A stretch of DNA of 64,000 nucleotides. Source: an uncultured beta proteobacterium (GTDB lineage: Bacteria; Pseudomonadota; Gammaproteobacteria; Burkholderiales; Gallionellaceae). Below the pieces are notes generated by a model. It was not told the origin of the DNA and did no database searches. It saw only the letters and a list, made by a program, of their open reading frames with translations. The translations under genes were made by a program, and so were the position numbers. Shown here piece by piece: positions 1-10,030 of this stretch (position 1 is the stretch's first letter; each line of letters begins with the position of its first letter). The stretch is taken from positions 25,910 through 89,909 of the forward strand of contig CAVSAB010000007.1 of NCBI GenBank assembly GCA_963725835.1. Reading direction: 5' to 3'.

Positions 1-423
1 TATAAAGCCAAGGGCAAACTGCCCGAGCCGACGGTCTGTCCGGACTGCGGCGCGGTATATCAGGCCGGTCGCTGGCAATGGTCGGCGAAACCCAAGGACG
101 CGCATCAGACAATCTGCCCGGCGTGTCATCGCGTGCGTGATCATTTCCCGGCGGGCTATGTGGATGTGGGCGGGGAATATTTCGCCAGGCACGAAGCGGA
201 GATCATGCAGCTGATCAAGCATCGCGAAGCGAAAGAAAAGGCGGAACACCCGTTGCAGCGCATCATCGCCATTGAGAAGACGAAGCAAGGCGCCATGGTG
301 ACCACTACCGACATTCATCTGGCGCGTGGTATCGGTGAAGCGTTGCACAGTGCCTATCAAGGCGAACTGGAATTCCACTTCAACTCGGATCAGAACCGCT
401 TGCGCGTCAACTGGAGCCGCTAA
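1..423 (+). CDS. BCAM0308-family (NMD3-like, Zn-ribbon) protein, 5' truncated by window edge
   Basis: Frame 1 is open from base 1: YKAKGKLPEPTVCPDCGAVYQAGRWQW...CPACHRVRDHFPAG...HPLQRI...TTDIHLARGIG, with two CxxC motifs. Confidence 0.8.
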   Translation, partial: YKAKGKLPEPTVCPDCGAVYQAGRWQWSAKPKDAHQTICPACHRVRDHFPAGYVDVGGEYFARHEAEIMQLIKHREAKEKAEHPLQRIIAIEKTKQGAMVTTTDIHLARGIGEALHSAYQGELEFHFNSDQNRLRVNWSR

Positions 424-429
424 CGCTAA

Positions 430-557
430 AGGAGGTGCGGCCAAGACACGGCGTTGCGAAGCAATCGGGGCGGGAATGGCCGCATCGCACCTCCTCCCGC
501 AGCGGAAGGGTGGCAGCGAAGCTGCCGGGCACCCACCGGCGTACTCCTTGCGGGTGC
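430..557. repeat. Palindromic repeat element (copy 1), between convergent genes
   Basis: Hairpin GGAGGTGCG(430)..CGCACCTCC(494). 496-557 matches 35755-35816 at 55/62 nt, and ~436-462 is the imperfect reverse complement of ~35823-35849. Confidence 0.8.
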
Positions 558-652
558 AATCGGCTGGCTTCGCCATAACCAGCGACTTAGCGAGCGTAGT
601 TGGCTCGCCTAGTCGAATGGCTAGTGGTTCTATCAGTAACGTGTCGGAGGTG

Positions 653-946
653 CTACTCGTCGCTAAGGTGCGGTGACAATCCCTCAGCAAGTTCGCCGGT
701 TTCGGGGTCTATCCAGTTGGAGATGCCGATTTCCGCCTCCGCGTCTTCCAGCGACTCGCCTTCTTCGAAGTCGCTGTCGCTGCTGCTTTGGCCTTGCATG
801 TCTTGTACCGCTGCAAGCAGAGTGGGGAAAGGGCCGAAGAACTTGTCGGTAAGTTCATCCTGCCAGTAGAAACCATCCGGACGTTCGATCACCCGGGCTG
901 ATTCATCGTCGGGCGGGGTGTGTGGTATGGTTTCAGCAGTCATCAT
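653..946 (-). CDS. Small acidic hypothetical protein
   Basis: MMTAETIPH...VIERPDGFYW...IDPETGELAE; AGGAGA RBS just upstream of ATG 946. Confidence 0.65.
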   Translation of the reverse strand: MMTAETIPHTPPDDESARVIERPDGFYWQDELTDKFFGPFPTLLAAVQDMQGQSSSDSDFEEGESLEDAEAEIGISNWIDPETGELAEGLSPHLSDE

Positions 947-1000
947 TAATCTCCTGTTGCTACATATTGCCAAGTATACGCCTGCTTGACAAGCGCAGTG

Positions 1001-1546
1001 TCAGAGCTTTATGAAATGCTCACGGTAATGTTTCATCTCGCTGATGGATTCGTAAATATCCGCAAGCGCCTCATGCTTGCCGTGCTTTTTGACCCCTTGC
1101 GCCATATCCGGCTTCCAGCGCCTGGCCAGTTCCTTGAGCGTGCTCACGTCGAGATTGCGGTAATGGAAATATCCTTCCAAGTTGGGCATCCAGCGCGCGA
1201 GAAAGCGGCGGTCCTGGCAGATCGAGTTGCCGCACATCGGTGAAGTGCGGATCGGCACATATTCCTTGAGGAACGCGATCATCTGTTCCTCGACCATTGC
1301 CTCATCCAGTGTGGACGCTTTAACCTTGTCGATCAAGCCGGATTTGGCGTGGGTTGATTTGTTCCATGCATCCATGCCATCCAGCACGTTGTCCGGCTGA
1401 TGCACGACCAGGACCGGTGCTTCGGATATCGTTTCCAGATCATTGTCGGTGATCACCAGCGCGATCTCGATCACGCGGTCGGTATCCGGGACCAGGCCGG
1501 TCATTTCCATGTCTATCCAGATAAGGTAGTTTTGATTTTGTGCCAT
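1001..1546 (-). CDS. orn: Oligoribonuclease
   Basis: [49 protein letters not shown]; the 628-aa ORF overextends the start. Confidence 0.97.
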   Translation of the reverse strand: MAQNQNYLIWIDMEMTGLVPDTDRVIEIALVITDNDLETISEAPVLVVHQPDNVLDGMDAWNKSTHAKSGLIDKVKASTLDEAMVEEQMIAFLKEYVPIRTSPMCGNSICQDRRFLARWMPNLEGYFHYRNLDVSTLKELARRWKPDMAQGVKKHGKHEALADIYESISEMKHYREHFIKL

Positions 1547-1627
1547 AATTCGCGCGTCGCTTGTTGAACGGATAGGCGCATATTGTGTCACAACCGTGCC
1601 TGTTACAAACACTGAAACAACGCCCAT

Positions 1628-2893
1628 ATGACTGCTGCGCAATTCACTTTTATCTTCATCGCCGCGTTGGCGCTGACCACGCTGGCCAAACTCTGGCTGG
1701 CGCGCCGCCATCTGGCGCATATCGCGGCACACAGGTCCACCGTGCCGGAAGCGTTCCATGAAAAGGTCCGGCTTGCCGATCATCAAAAAGCGGCCGACTA
1801 TACTTCCGCCAAGACACGATTCGATATGCTGGGAGCGCTGTTCGACGCAGCATTGCTGCTGGCGTTCACTTTGGGAGGCGGCATCCAGTCCATCGCCGGG
1901 TTGGTTTCCGCCAAACTGGGCAACGGCTGGTTCAACGCACCGGTCGCACAAGGCATGGCAACCATCGTGATGGTGCTGGTGATCTACTCGTTGCTGGAAG
2001 CTCCGTTCAGCATTTACCGCACCTTCGTCATCGAAGCGCGCTTCGGTTTCAACAAGATGACGTTCAGGCTGTATCTGCTGGACGCGCTGAAAGGCATGTT
2101 GATCGGCGCGATCCTCGGCCTGCCGCTGCTGTTCGGCGTGTTGTGGCTGATGGAGCGCATGGGCGCATACTGGTGGCTGTATGTGTGGCTGGTCTGGGTG
2201 GTGTTCAATCTGCTGGTCCTGTTCATCTATCCTTCTTTCATTGCGCCGCTGTTCAATAAATTCTCGCCCATGCAGGACGATGCGATGAAGTCGCGCATCG
2301 AAGGGCTGCTGCGCAAGTGCGGATTTACTGCACAGGGCCTGTTCGTGATGGATGGCTCGAAGCGCAGCTCTCATGGCAACGCCTACTTCACCGGATTCGG
2401 CAAGACCAAGCGCATCGTGTTCTTCGACACGCTGCTGGAGCGCTTGAGCATCAATGAAGTCGAGGCGGTATTGGCGCATGAACTCGGCCATTTCAAACGC
2501 CGCCATGTGGTGAAACGCATCGCGGCGACTTTTGCGCTGAGCCTCGGCTTCCTGTGGCTGCTCGGCCAGTTGATGCAAACCGCCTGGTTCTATCAGGGAC
2601 TGGGCGTCAACACGCCTTCGACCGCGCTTGCACTGCTGCTGTTCTTCATCACGCTGCCCATATTCAGCTTCCTGCTCGGGCCGTTCATGTCGGCCTATTC
2701 GCGCAAGCATGAATTCGAAGCGGATGCCTATGCCGCAAAACAGACCGATGCTGCCGACCTGGTCAATGCGCTGGTCAAGTTGTATCAGGACAATGCCGCG
2801 ACGCTGACACCCGATCCGCTGTATTCCAGGTTTTACGACTCGCATCCGCCGGCGATGGTGCGCATCTCTCATCTGCAGGCCGCACATACTTGA
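1628..2893 (+). CDS. M48 family (Ste24-like) zinc metallopeptidase
   Basis: [34 protein letters not shown]; multiple TM helices. Confidence 0.95.
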   Translation: MTAAQFTFIFIAALALTTLAKLWLARRHLAHIAAHRSTVPEAFHEKVRLADHQKAADYTSAKTRFDMLGALFDAALLLAFTLGGGIQSIAGLVSAKLGNGWFNAPVAQGMATIVMVLVIYSLLEAPFSIYRTFVIEARFGFNKMTFRLYLLDALKGMLIGAILGLPLLFGVLWLMERMGAYWWLYVWLVWVVFNLLVLFIYPSFIAPLFNKFSPMQDDAMKSRIEGLLRKCGFTAQGLFVMDGSKRSSHGNAYFTGFGKTKRIVFFDTLLERLSINEVEAVLAHELGHFKRRHVVKRIAATFALSLGFLWLLGQLMQTAWFYQGLGVNTPSTALALLLFFITLPIFSFLLGPFMSAYSRKHEFEADAYAAKQTDAADLVNALVKLYQDNAATLTPDPLYSRFYDSHPPAMVRISHLQAAHT

Positions 2894-2919
2894 TCCATAG
2901 ACTTAACCAGGAGACCACG

Positions 2920-3240
2920 ATGAAACTGATCACGACTTTGAGTTTCACTATCACCCTTCTAATGGGCGTTGTTGCAACCGCATCAGCCAACCCGTTCCCG
3001 AAAGGCAATGCGCAGAACGGGCAGAAGATATTCGATAAGTACGATTGCAACAGGTGTCATAACCAGATCATGGGGGGCGACGGCAACAAGATCTTCACCC
3101 GCTTCGATCGCAAGAGGAATACCCCGGAAGGATTGATCGAGCAGATCGGCATGTGCAGCGGGAACGTCAACGCGCATTTCAATGCGCAGGAAACGCAGGA
3201 CCTCGCCGCGTATCTGAACATCTTTTACAAATTCAAGTGA
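2920..3240 (+). CDS. Small monoheme periplasmic cytochrome c
   Basis: Signal peptide, CNRCH, AGGAGA RBS before ATG 2920. Confidence 0.88.
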   Translation: MKLITTLSFTITLLMGVVATASANPFPKGNAQNGQKIFDKYDCNRCHNQIMGGDGNKIFTRFDRKRNTPEGLIEQIGMCSGNVNAHFNAQETQDLAAYLNIFYKFK

Positions 3241-3247
3241 GCTGGCG

Positions 3248-3586
3248 ATGGGCAAAATACCTGATTTGACCGGCAGGCGGTGCAAACCCTGCGAAGACGG
3301 CACCCCGCCGCTCTCGAACCCTGAGGCTGATGGATTGATGCAGCAACTCGACGGCTGGCACCGCTACGATCACCTGATCAACAAGACCTTCCGCTTCAAG
3401 AATTATTATGAGACCGTCGCGTTCGTGAACGCGGTCGCATGGCTTTCGCACACCGAAGATCACCATCCGGAACTCACCGTCACCTACAACAGTTGCCGGG
3501 TCGAATATACCACGCACTCCATACATGGCCTGTCGGTAAACGACTTCATTTGCGCCGCAAAAGTGGACGCTTTGTTCAAGATTTGA
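3248..3586 (+). CDS. phhB: Pterin-4a-carbinolamine dehydratase
   Basis: EDHHPEL, YTTHSIHGLSVNDFICAAKVD. Confidence 0.93.
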   Translation: MGKIPDLTGRRCKPCEDGTPPLSNPEADGLMQQLDGWHRYDHLINKTFRFKNYYETVAFVNAVAWLSHTEDHHPELTVTYNSCRVEYTTHSIHGLSVNDFICAAKVDALFKI

Positions 3587-3594
3587 TGCTCACG

Positions 3595-3715
3595 CCCAAT
3601 TTCAATTCGATGGTGAGACAAGGCGGCAACGAGTGAGCGTCGATGGCAGTGCAAGTAGCACGACGAGAGGCGAACGAGGCAGCCAACGCAGTATCACCGA
3701 TGAAGTGGAATCGGG
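3595..3715. mobile_element. ~120-bp MITE-like element at the 5' end of rsgA
   Basis: Imperfect 24-bp terminal inverted repeats CCCAATTTCAATTCGATGGTGAGA / TATCACCGATGAAGTGGAATCGGG (17/24); it separates ATG CTC ACG (3586) from GGA CAG GTC. Confidence 0.7.
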
Positions 3716-4587
3716 ACAGGTCGTGGCCGCATTCGGTCGGCAATATCTGGTGCGGCAGGATGATGACAGCGAGATAATCTGCCTCACGCGCGGGAAAAAA
3801 AGCGAAGTGGCGTGCGGCGACATCGTGGAAATCAAGCGCACCGGCGCAGCCGCAACAGGGAATGGCACTGGGGCACAGGGCGTGATCGAACGGATCATGC
3901 CGCGCCGCTCGCTGTTATACCGCTCCGATGCTTACCGGGAAAAACTCATCGCAGCGAATGTCACGCAGATCATCGTGGTGGTCGCCGCCGAACCTTCGTT
4001 CAATGACGAATTGGTGGCGCGCTGTCTGGTCGCGGCATTCGACCAGAAGCTCGAGGTGCTGATCGTGCTGAACAAATGCGATCTGACTGAAGCAACTGCC
4101 GCCGCGCGCAAACGCCTCGCCCCGTATACCGCGATCGGCTATCGCGTGCTGGAACTCAGCGCAATACAGGATATATCCGCGTTACGGCCATTCCTGACCG
4201 GCCACACCAGCGTGCTGGTCGGCCAATCCGGCATGGGCAAATCCACGCTGATCAACGCGCTGTTGCCCGGCGCGCAAGCTGCCACCCGCGAGATCTCCAC
4301 GGTGCTGGATTCCGGCAAGCACACCACCACCCATGCACGACTGTATCGCATTGATGCCAGCAGCGACGCTGATCGACTGCCCCGGCGTGCAAGCCTTCGG
4401 CCTGCATCACCTGAGCTTCGGCGGGATAGAACAGGGCTTTGTGGAATTTGCGCAATATCTCGGACAGTGCCGCTTTCACGACTGCCGCCACCAGCATGAA
4501 CCGGGCTGCGCATTGCGCAATGCGGTTACGGAAGGGAAGATCGATGCGCGCAGGCTGGAATTGTTCCAGCAAATCGCAGGCAAGTAG
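3633..4587 (+). CDS. rsgA: Ribosome small subunit-dependent GTPase A (frameshift near 4362, probable sequencing error)
   Basis: NKCD, GQSGMGKST, GKHTTT, then in another frame LIDCPG and CRFHDCRHQHEPGC. Confidence 0.93.
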
Positions 4588-4600
4588 GGATGGGATTGAT

Positions 4601-5584
4601 TCAACCCAACTGCAACAGCGGCGGCTCGTCCATCAGCGCGATCTGCTCACGCAATTCCAGGATACGGTCCTGCCAATAGCGTTGCGTATTGAACCACGGG
4701 AACGCAACGGAAAAAGCCGGATCATCCCAGCGCCGCGCGATCCACGCGGCATAATGGATCAGTCGCAAGGTGCGCAGCGCCTCGACCAGATGAAGTTCAC
4801 GCAGATCGAAGTCGTAAAAATCCTCGTATCCGGCCATAAGATCGGAGAATTGCCGCGTCATATCGGCGCGCTCGCCGGACAATAGCATCCACAGATCCTG
4901 TATCGCCGGGCCCATGCGGCTGTCATCGAAGTCCACGAAGTGCGGCCCGTCATCCGTCCACAGCACGTTGCCGGCATGGCAGTCGCCGTGCAACCTCAAT
5001 TTCTTGACTGCACCGGCGCGGTCGATGCATCGCTGCACACCTTCGAGCGCCTGAACACTCACGCCGCGATAAACCTCGACCAACTCTGCCGGGATGAAGT
5101 GATGCCGCAACAAATATGCACTTGGTTCCACACCGAAGCTCTCGATGTCCAGCACAGGGCGATGCCGGTAGGGTTCCACGGCACCGACGGCGTGTATTCG
5201 TCCGATGAAACGCCCGATCCATTCAAGTGTACCGCGGTCATCCAGCTCAGGCGCACGACCACCCTGTTTGGTAAAAACGGAAAAGCGAAAACCGTCGAAC
5301 GCGTGCAGTGTGCGGCCGTTTATTACCAGCGCGGGTACCGCCGGAATCTCGTGCTCTGCCAGCGTCGCGACAAATGCATGCTCTTCCAATATCTCCGCGT
5401 CAGACCAGCGTGCCGGGCGATAGAATTTGGCGATCAGCGGCGGTCCCTGTTCCATGCCCGTCTGATAGACGCGGTTCTCATAGCTGTTGAGGGCGAGCAA
5501 GCGGCCATCTCCGCGCAATCCGATACTGTCCAGAGCATCCAGTACGGAATCCGGCGTAAGTGAGTAGAACGGTTGGTCGCTCAT
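4601..5584 (-). CDS. srkA: Stress response Ser/Thr kinase SrkA (YihE/RdoA)
   Basis: LNSYENRVY, LHGDCHAGN, FVDFDD, PAIQDLWM, RWDDPAF. Confidence 0.95.
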   Translation of the reverse strand: MSDQPFYSLTPDSVLDALDSIGLRGDGRLLALNSYENRVYQTGMEQGPPLIAKFYRPARWSDAEILEEHAFVATLAEHEIPAVPALVINGRTLHAFDGFRFSVFTKQGGRAPELDDRGTLEWIGRFIGRIHAVGAVEPYRHRPVLDIESFGVEPSAYLLRHHFIPAELVEVYRGVSVQALEGVQRCIDRAGAVKKLRLHGDCHAGNVLWTDDGPHFVDFDDSRMGPAIQDLWMLLSGERADMTRQFSDLMAGYEDFYDFDLRELHLVEALRTLRLIHYAAWIARRWDDPAFSVAFPWFNTQRYWQDRILELREQIALMDEPPLLQLG

Positions 5585-5802
5585 TTGCGGTATTGTACGG
5601 CAGCCAAACAGTAGCTTGTTGGTCAAACATCGCGGTTAGCCATACAAGAAATGTGTAACCAAATGCCTGTGTGTTCTGGATGATGCGCAATAATTCCTGC
5701 TCACCGGGTGAACCTTTTCTGGCTTCAGCCATCTTATGCAATGGCTTAGGATTGATTTGCAATTAATTTGTGCCACAAACCCGGATATGATCTCGTAAAT
5801 CA

Positions 5803-5832
5803 TTGACAACTCTGCAAGACCATGGATATTAT
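5803..5832 (+). promoter_or_regulatory. Putative sigma70 promoter for the small protein at 5923
   Basis: TTGACA-N18-TATTAT. Confidence 0.45.
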
Positions 5833-5922
5833 GGGGTTGTTTCGGATGTGATTCCAAACTGAATGTCGTGGCCAGCTGATTGCCATTTTATCATTTCAAA
5901 TATATGTCAGGAGATTACTGTC

Positions 5923-6123
5923 ATGGAAACCCAACAAGAAAAACTGAAAGAATTGCAGGCCGTACAAGCAGAAATGAATAAATTGCAGGCCGAATTGGAC
6001 CGGCTGAACGCGAAGGTCAAAAAGAATGAAAAGCTGACACCGGATGAGACCAAATTTTTCGGCGAACTCGGCTGGCTCAGCGCGTTGGCAGTAACGATAG
6101 CCGCCATAGCTTCCACCCTTTAA
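5923..6123 (+). CDS. 66-aa coiled-coil protein with hydrophobic C-terminal tail, function unknown
   Basis: AGGAGA RBS, heptad-like E/K/Q/L N-terminus, tail GELGWLSALAVTIAAIASTL, downstream terminator. Confidence 0.7.
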   Translation: METQQEKLKELQAVQAEMNKLQAELDRLNAKVKKNEKLTPDETKFFGELGWLSALAVTIAAIASTL

Positions 6124-6174
6124 GCTGTCAGCACAGCTTGCTCCAATCATTTTTGTGCGATCAGGCATTTGAAT

Positions 6175-6206
6175 AAACAAAGGGCGGGTTATCCGCCCTT
6201 TGTTTT
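6175..6206. terminator. Intrinsic (possibly bidirectional) terminator
   Basis: AAACAAAGGGCGG-GTTAT-CCGCCCTTTGTTT between convergent genes. Confidence 0.8.
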
Positions 6207-6280
6207 GATTGCCATCATGAAGTGATCAGTATCGCATCATCCGTGCCGTCCGGAGCGATAAATAGATATTTTGCTGCAGC

Positions 6281-7219
6281 CTAGGCCAGCAAACTGGCGA
6301 GCGACAACAGCAACAATAACATCAGCCAGAACACCACCGAGCGCCACACCAGGCCGATCGCGCTTTGCATGAAATCGGCATCAGCTTCGTCACCGATACC
6401 CAATTCCGCCCTGTCTTCCAGCACACCCTCTTGCGGCAACGGCATGCCGAGACGCACACCCAATGCTCCCGCACCGCTCGCCAGCAATATTCCCGCTTCC
6501 GGGTCGGGCCAGTTTGCCGCCTGAGTGCGCCAGCAATGAATGGTGTCTTCAAAATTGCCCACAACCGCGAAGGTCATCGCGGTCAGGCGGACCGGCAACC
6601 ACTCCAGCACATAGAACGCCTGCCGTGCGAACCGTCCGAATTCATCCGGCTCTGGTTTGTTCTCGCCAGCCCAATGGGTGCGCATGAACAGACCCATCCG
6701 ATACAACAATGCTCCCGCCGCGCCTCCCAAGCCCAGCGCACTGAACAACACGAACCACACTATCACGCCGAACACGTGGCGATGCGACGCGATCAGCGCC
6801 TGCTCGATCGTGACGCGCGCCACTTCTTCGGTATTCAGTTCATGTGATGGCTTTCCGCGCCAAAGGGAAAGCAATTCGCGCGCCTCGTCCAGCCTGCCAG
6901 AACGCAACGCGAGATGGATGTCGGTGAAATAATGGCTGAACTGCCGGAAGCCCATCGTGAGATACAACACCACCACGTTGAAAGCCCAGGCAAAGACCGG
7001 ATGCACGCGATACAACAACCCGTATGCCGCCATGGCACCGGCCACCAGCGGCACCGCCGTAATAAACCATGCGATCCTGCCGTGCCGGTGTTCCCCCGCG
7101 TTGAAGTTTTGCTGGAAAAAATCGACATAACCCGACATCCAGTTGTACAGGTATTTGCGCGAAGAGAGCGGGCGGAGCTGCTCGAGCAGCAGCGCGGTGA
7201 TCAAGGCGAACAGGCTCAT
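6281..7219 (-). CDS. CobD/CbiB (AmpE-like) family membrane protein
   Basis: MSLFALITALLLEQLRPL, HRHVFGVIVWF, WLPVRLTA, SGAGALGVRLG. Confidence 0.85.
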   Translation of the reverse strand: MSLFALITALLLEQLRPLSSRKYLYNWMSGYVDFFQQNFNAGEHRHGRIAWFITAVPLVAGAMAAYGLLYRVHPVFAWAFNVVVLYLTMGFRQFSHYFTDIHLALRSGRLDEARELLSLWRGKPSHELNTEEVARVTIEQALIASHRHVFGVIVWFVLFSALGLGGAAGALLYRMGLFMRTHWAGENKPEPDEFGRFARQAFYVLEWLPVRLTAMTFAVVGNFEDTIHCWRTQAANWPDPEAGILLASGAGALGVRLGMPLPQEGVLEDRAELGIGDEADADFMQSAIGLVWRSVVFWLMLLLLLSLASLLA

Positions 7220-7503
7220 GGAAGATGGAATGCACCAACGGTCGTATAACGCGAAAGATAGCACACTACGGTAACATTGCGCAGCTTGCACCGTGAACAG
7301 GGCGCTGCGTGCCTGCTATCGGCAAAATGTCGGCAGATGAATCACGGCTCGGTGCCAAAAGCGGCACTGCATCAATTTCCGATTCCGGGTGATCGGAATT
7401 TCTGAACTTCAAGAAAGACGCTGCTCATTGCTTTCAGGATGGCTATTACAATGACCGAAGTGCAGCCAGTCAAATACATCGTCCTTATTTGAGCGGAGTA
7501 CAC

Positions 7504-7953
7504 ATGAACAAATTCCTTGCACTCGCCATAGCGTTGCTTGCGTCCGGCACGTTGAATGCCGCGGATTCAGGACGCTTCATCACGAAGGTCGAGCTCCCTG
7601 CGGGTCAGACAGCCGTGGTCGCAGAAGGTGATTTTGAGGCTCGCTCCATCGGCAGCTTCAGCGTCAGGCTTTATGACGCCGCATCACCCGGGGATGAAAC
7701 AACCTTTTTCAGAGCGGGCATTATCCGTCCCCGCGATGGGACGGTTGAAAAAGTCATGCTCGCCGATGTCGACGGCGACCGGCAACCCGAGATCATCGTA
7801 GTTGTACGTTCTGCAGGGACGGGAGCTTACCTCTCTGCCCAGGCATTCGCTTTTGACAAAAAGAGACTGATTCTTCGAGCTGCGGTGGAGGGTATCCCGC
7901 CTGATGCAGAACCCATGGCAACCCTGCGAAATTCCACCAGGAAGAAAAACTGA
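7504..7953 (+). CDS. pliI: PliI family inhibitor of I-type lysozyme
   Basis: Signal peptide; VVAEGDFEARSIGSFSVRLY, RPRDG, SAGTGAYL. Confidence 0.8.
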   Translation: MNKFLALAIALLASGTLNAADSGRFITKVELPAGQTAVVAEGDFEARSIGSFSVRLYDAASPGDETTFFRAGIIRPRDGTVEKVMLADVDGDRQPEIIVVVRSAGTGAYLSAQAFAFDKKRLILRAAVEGIPPDAEPMATLRNSTRKKN

Positions 7954-8080
7954 TCCGTTCGAACCCTTCGTTTCAGCGGGCCGCAACAGCTCGTGCCCGA
8001 TCATGCCTGCGATCCATTCTGCAAGCTGCGCATAACATCATCATGACGCTAGTCCAACAATCCGATAGAATCCATTCCTC

Positions 8081-8635
8081 ATGATCGGAATGAAACAAGC
8101 CGCTGTGAAAACCCCAATTATCTCGCCGTACCCAAACATCGTGCGATTCTTGTTTCGTCTTTTCTGCATTATCTCCACTATTCTGGTCCTGGCAGGATGC
8201 GCTGCCCAATTGACCCGCGTCGATCTGTCAAAGATCGAAAATCCGCCCCCGGGGGAAGCGGTCATATTCATCATTCGGCCTTCCTATCTTTCTTTTGGCT
8301 CAAGAGACCTCTACATAAAGGTCAACGATACGGAAATAGCCAGTCTTCCCCGATTGAGTTACACGTCATTTTTGATACCCGCCGGGAAAATGACCCTCGC
8401 TGGTGAAGGCGGCTGGTTTTCATGGCCGCGTCGGGAAATAACTGTCGACATCAAGGATGGGAAACAATACTACCTGTCATGGACAGTCAAAGAAACAGCA
8501 TCATCAGCACTGATGCTGTATCTCTTTCCAACATTGGAAGAGTTGCGCTGGGATCCGATAAGCAAGGAAGATGCGCAGAAACTTCTTAATGGCATCTATT
8601 ATGTGGAACCGATATTTCAGGAAGCCCCGCGATGA
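8081..8635 (+). CDS. DUF2846-like lipoprotein (start possibly GTG 8141)
   Basis: Lipobox LAGC; PPPGEAVIFIIRP, IKVNDTEIASL, IPAGK. Confidence 0.65.
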   Translation: MIGMKQAAVKTPIISPYPNIVRFLFRLFCIISTILVLAGCAAQLTRVDLSKIENPPPGEAVIFIIRPSYLSFGSRDLYIKVNDTEIASLPRLSYTSFLIPAGKMTLAGEGGWFSWPRREITVDIKDGKQYYLSWTVKETASSALMLYLFPTLEELRWDPISKEDAQKLLNGIYYVEPIFQEAPR

Positions 8636-8717
8636 ACCCGGCTTATGCGATCCTGCTTAAGCTGGGTGTGTAGCAAGTACATTCGATAATCCCGCGCTGT
8701 ACGGGAGCCATGCCGTG

Positions 8718-10025
8718 TCAGGCTATCATCCCCGCGGCTACAGTATTATTGGTCGATTCGTCTATCACGATAAAACTTCCGGTGGCTCGGTCGATAGCGT
8801 AGCTGTCAAATACCAGCGGTTGCTGTACCTTTATCGCCACGCGCGCGATGTCGTTCATGTTGAGCTTATCGGTGGCGTGCTGTTCCAGCGTGTTCACGTC
8901 CACGCGGTAGTCGATGTTCGAGAACAGGCACTTTGCGCTGCGCGTGGTGTGCTTGACCAGGTACTTGCGATTCTTGTCGAGCGGCGTATCGGACAGCCAG
9001 CACAGCATCGCCTGGAATTCCTTTTCCACCCTCGGTGGATGCGTGCTGGAACTGACGAACATGTCGCCGCGAGAGATGTCGATCTGATCCTCCAGCGTCA
9101 GCGTGACGGATTGCGGCGCATAGGCGCGCTGCAGGTTTCCGTCGTAGGTGACGATCTGTTTCACCTTGCTGCTGCGGCCCGAGGGCAGCACGGTGATCTC
9201 GTCCCCGACCGCGATGTCGCCCGCTTCGATGCGTCCCATGAAACCGCGAAAACCGTTGGCCTCATCAACGGTTTCGGCGGAGACTAACCCGTGACGGGTT
9301 ATGTCGGAGCCAAAATCATTACCATGAACACGGCATACCCATTGCACCGGATAACGGAAGTCGGTGGTATTCACATCGTGATCGATCACGATGTTCTCCA
9401 GCAGGTTCATCAACGTGGTGCCCTGGTACCAGTCCATGTTGTCGCCGCGTTCCACGATCATGTCGCCATTCAGTGCCGACAGCGGGATGCAGGTGACGTC
9501 GGCCAAACCCAGCTGCGCGGCGAACTTCAGGTACGCCGCGCATATTTCGGAAAAGCGTGCCTCGGAATAATCCACCATGTCCATCTTGTTCACTGCCAGC
9601 ACGATGTGCGGGATGCCGACCAGGCTCGCCAGATAAGTATGGCGGCGCGTCTGCACCAGCACGCCCTTGCGCGCATCGACCAGGATGACGACGAGGTTGG
9701 CGGTGCTCGCGGCGGTCACCATGTTGCGGGTGTACTGCTCATGGCCGGGTGTGTCGCCGATGATGAACTTGCGCCTGGGCGTGGCGAAGTAACGGTAAGC
9801 CACATCGATGGTGATGCCCTGTTCGCGTTCGGCCTGCAGGCCGTCGGTGAGCAGGGACAGATCGACCGCGGCCATGCCGCGCTTTGCGCTGGTTTTTGAA
9901 ATGGCCGAAAGCTGGTCCTCGAAGATCGACTTGGAATCATGCAGCAACCGGCCGATCAGCGTGCTCTTGCCGTCGTCCACGCTGCCGGCGGTGATGAAGC
10001 GAAGAAGTTGCGAATTGTAGTTCAT
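8718..10025 (-). CDS. cysN: Sulfate adenylyltransferase subunit 1
   Basis: GSVDDGKST, EREQGITIDVAYRYF, DTPGHEQYTRNM, NKMD; no CysC domain. Confidence 0.97.
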   Translation of the reverse strand: MNYNSQLLRFITAGSVDDGKSTLIGRLLHDSKSIFEDQLSAISKTSAKRGMAAVDLSLLTDGLQAEREQGITIDVAYRYFATPRRKFIIGDTPGHEQYTRNMVTAASTANLVVILVDARKGVLVQTRRHTYLASLVGIPHIVLAVNKMDMVDYSEARFSEICAAYLKFAAQLGLADVTCIPLSALNGDMIVERGDNMDWYQGTTLMNLLENIVIDHDVNTTDFRYPVQWVCRVHGNDFGSDITRHGLVSAETVDEANGFRGFMGRIEAGDIAVGDEITVLPSGRSSKVKQIVTYDGNLQRAYAPQSVTLTLEDQIDISRGDMFVSSSTHPPRVEKEFQAMLCWLSDTPLDKNRKYLVKHTTRSAKCLFSNIDYRVDVNTLEQHATDKLNMNDIARVAIKVQQPLVFDSYAIDRATGSFIVIDESTNNTVAAGMIA

Positions 10026-10030
10026 GGTAT

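Noticed and set aside
1547-2887. 628-aa ORF suggesting a long N-terminal fusion to Orn
   Set aside because: The extension is the antisense shadow of the M48 peptidase; Orn starts at 1546.
9255-9335. Extra loop in CysN (VHGNDFGSDITRHGLVSAETVDEANG) as another repeat insertion
   Set aside because: No palindrome, TIR or second copy visible; likely a variable loop.
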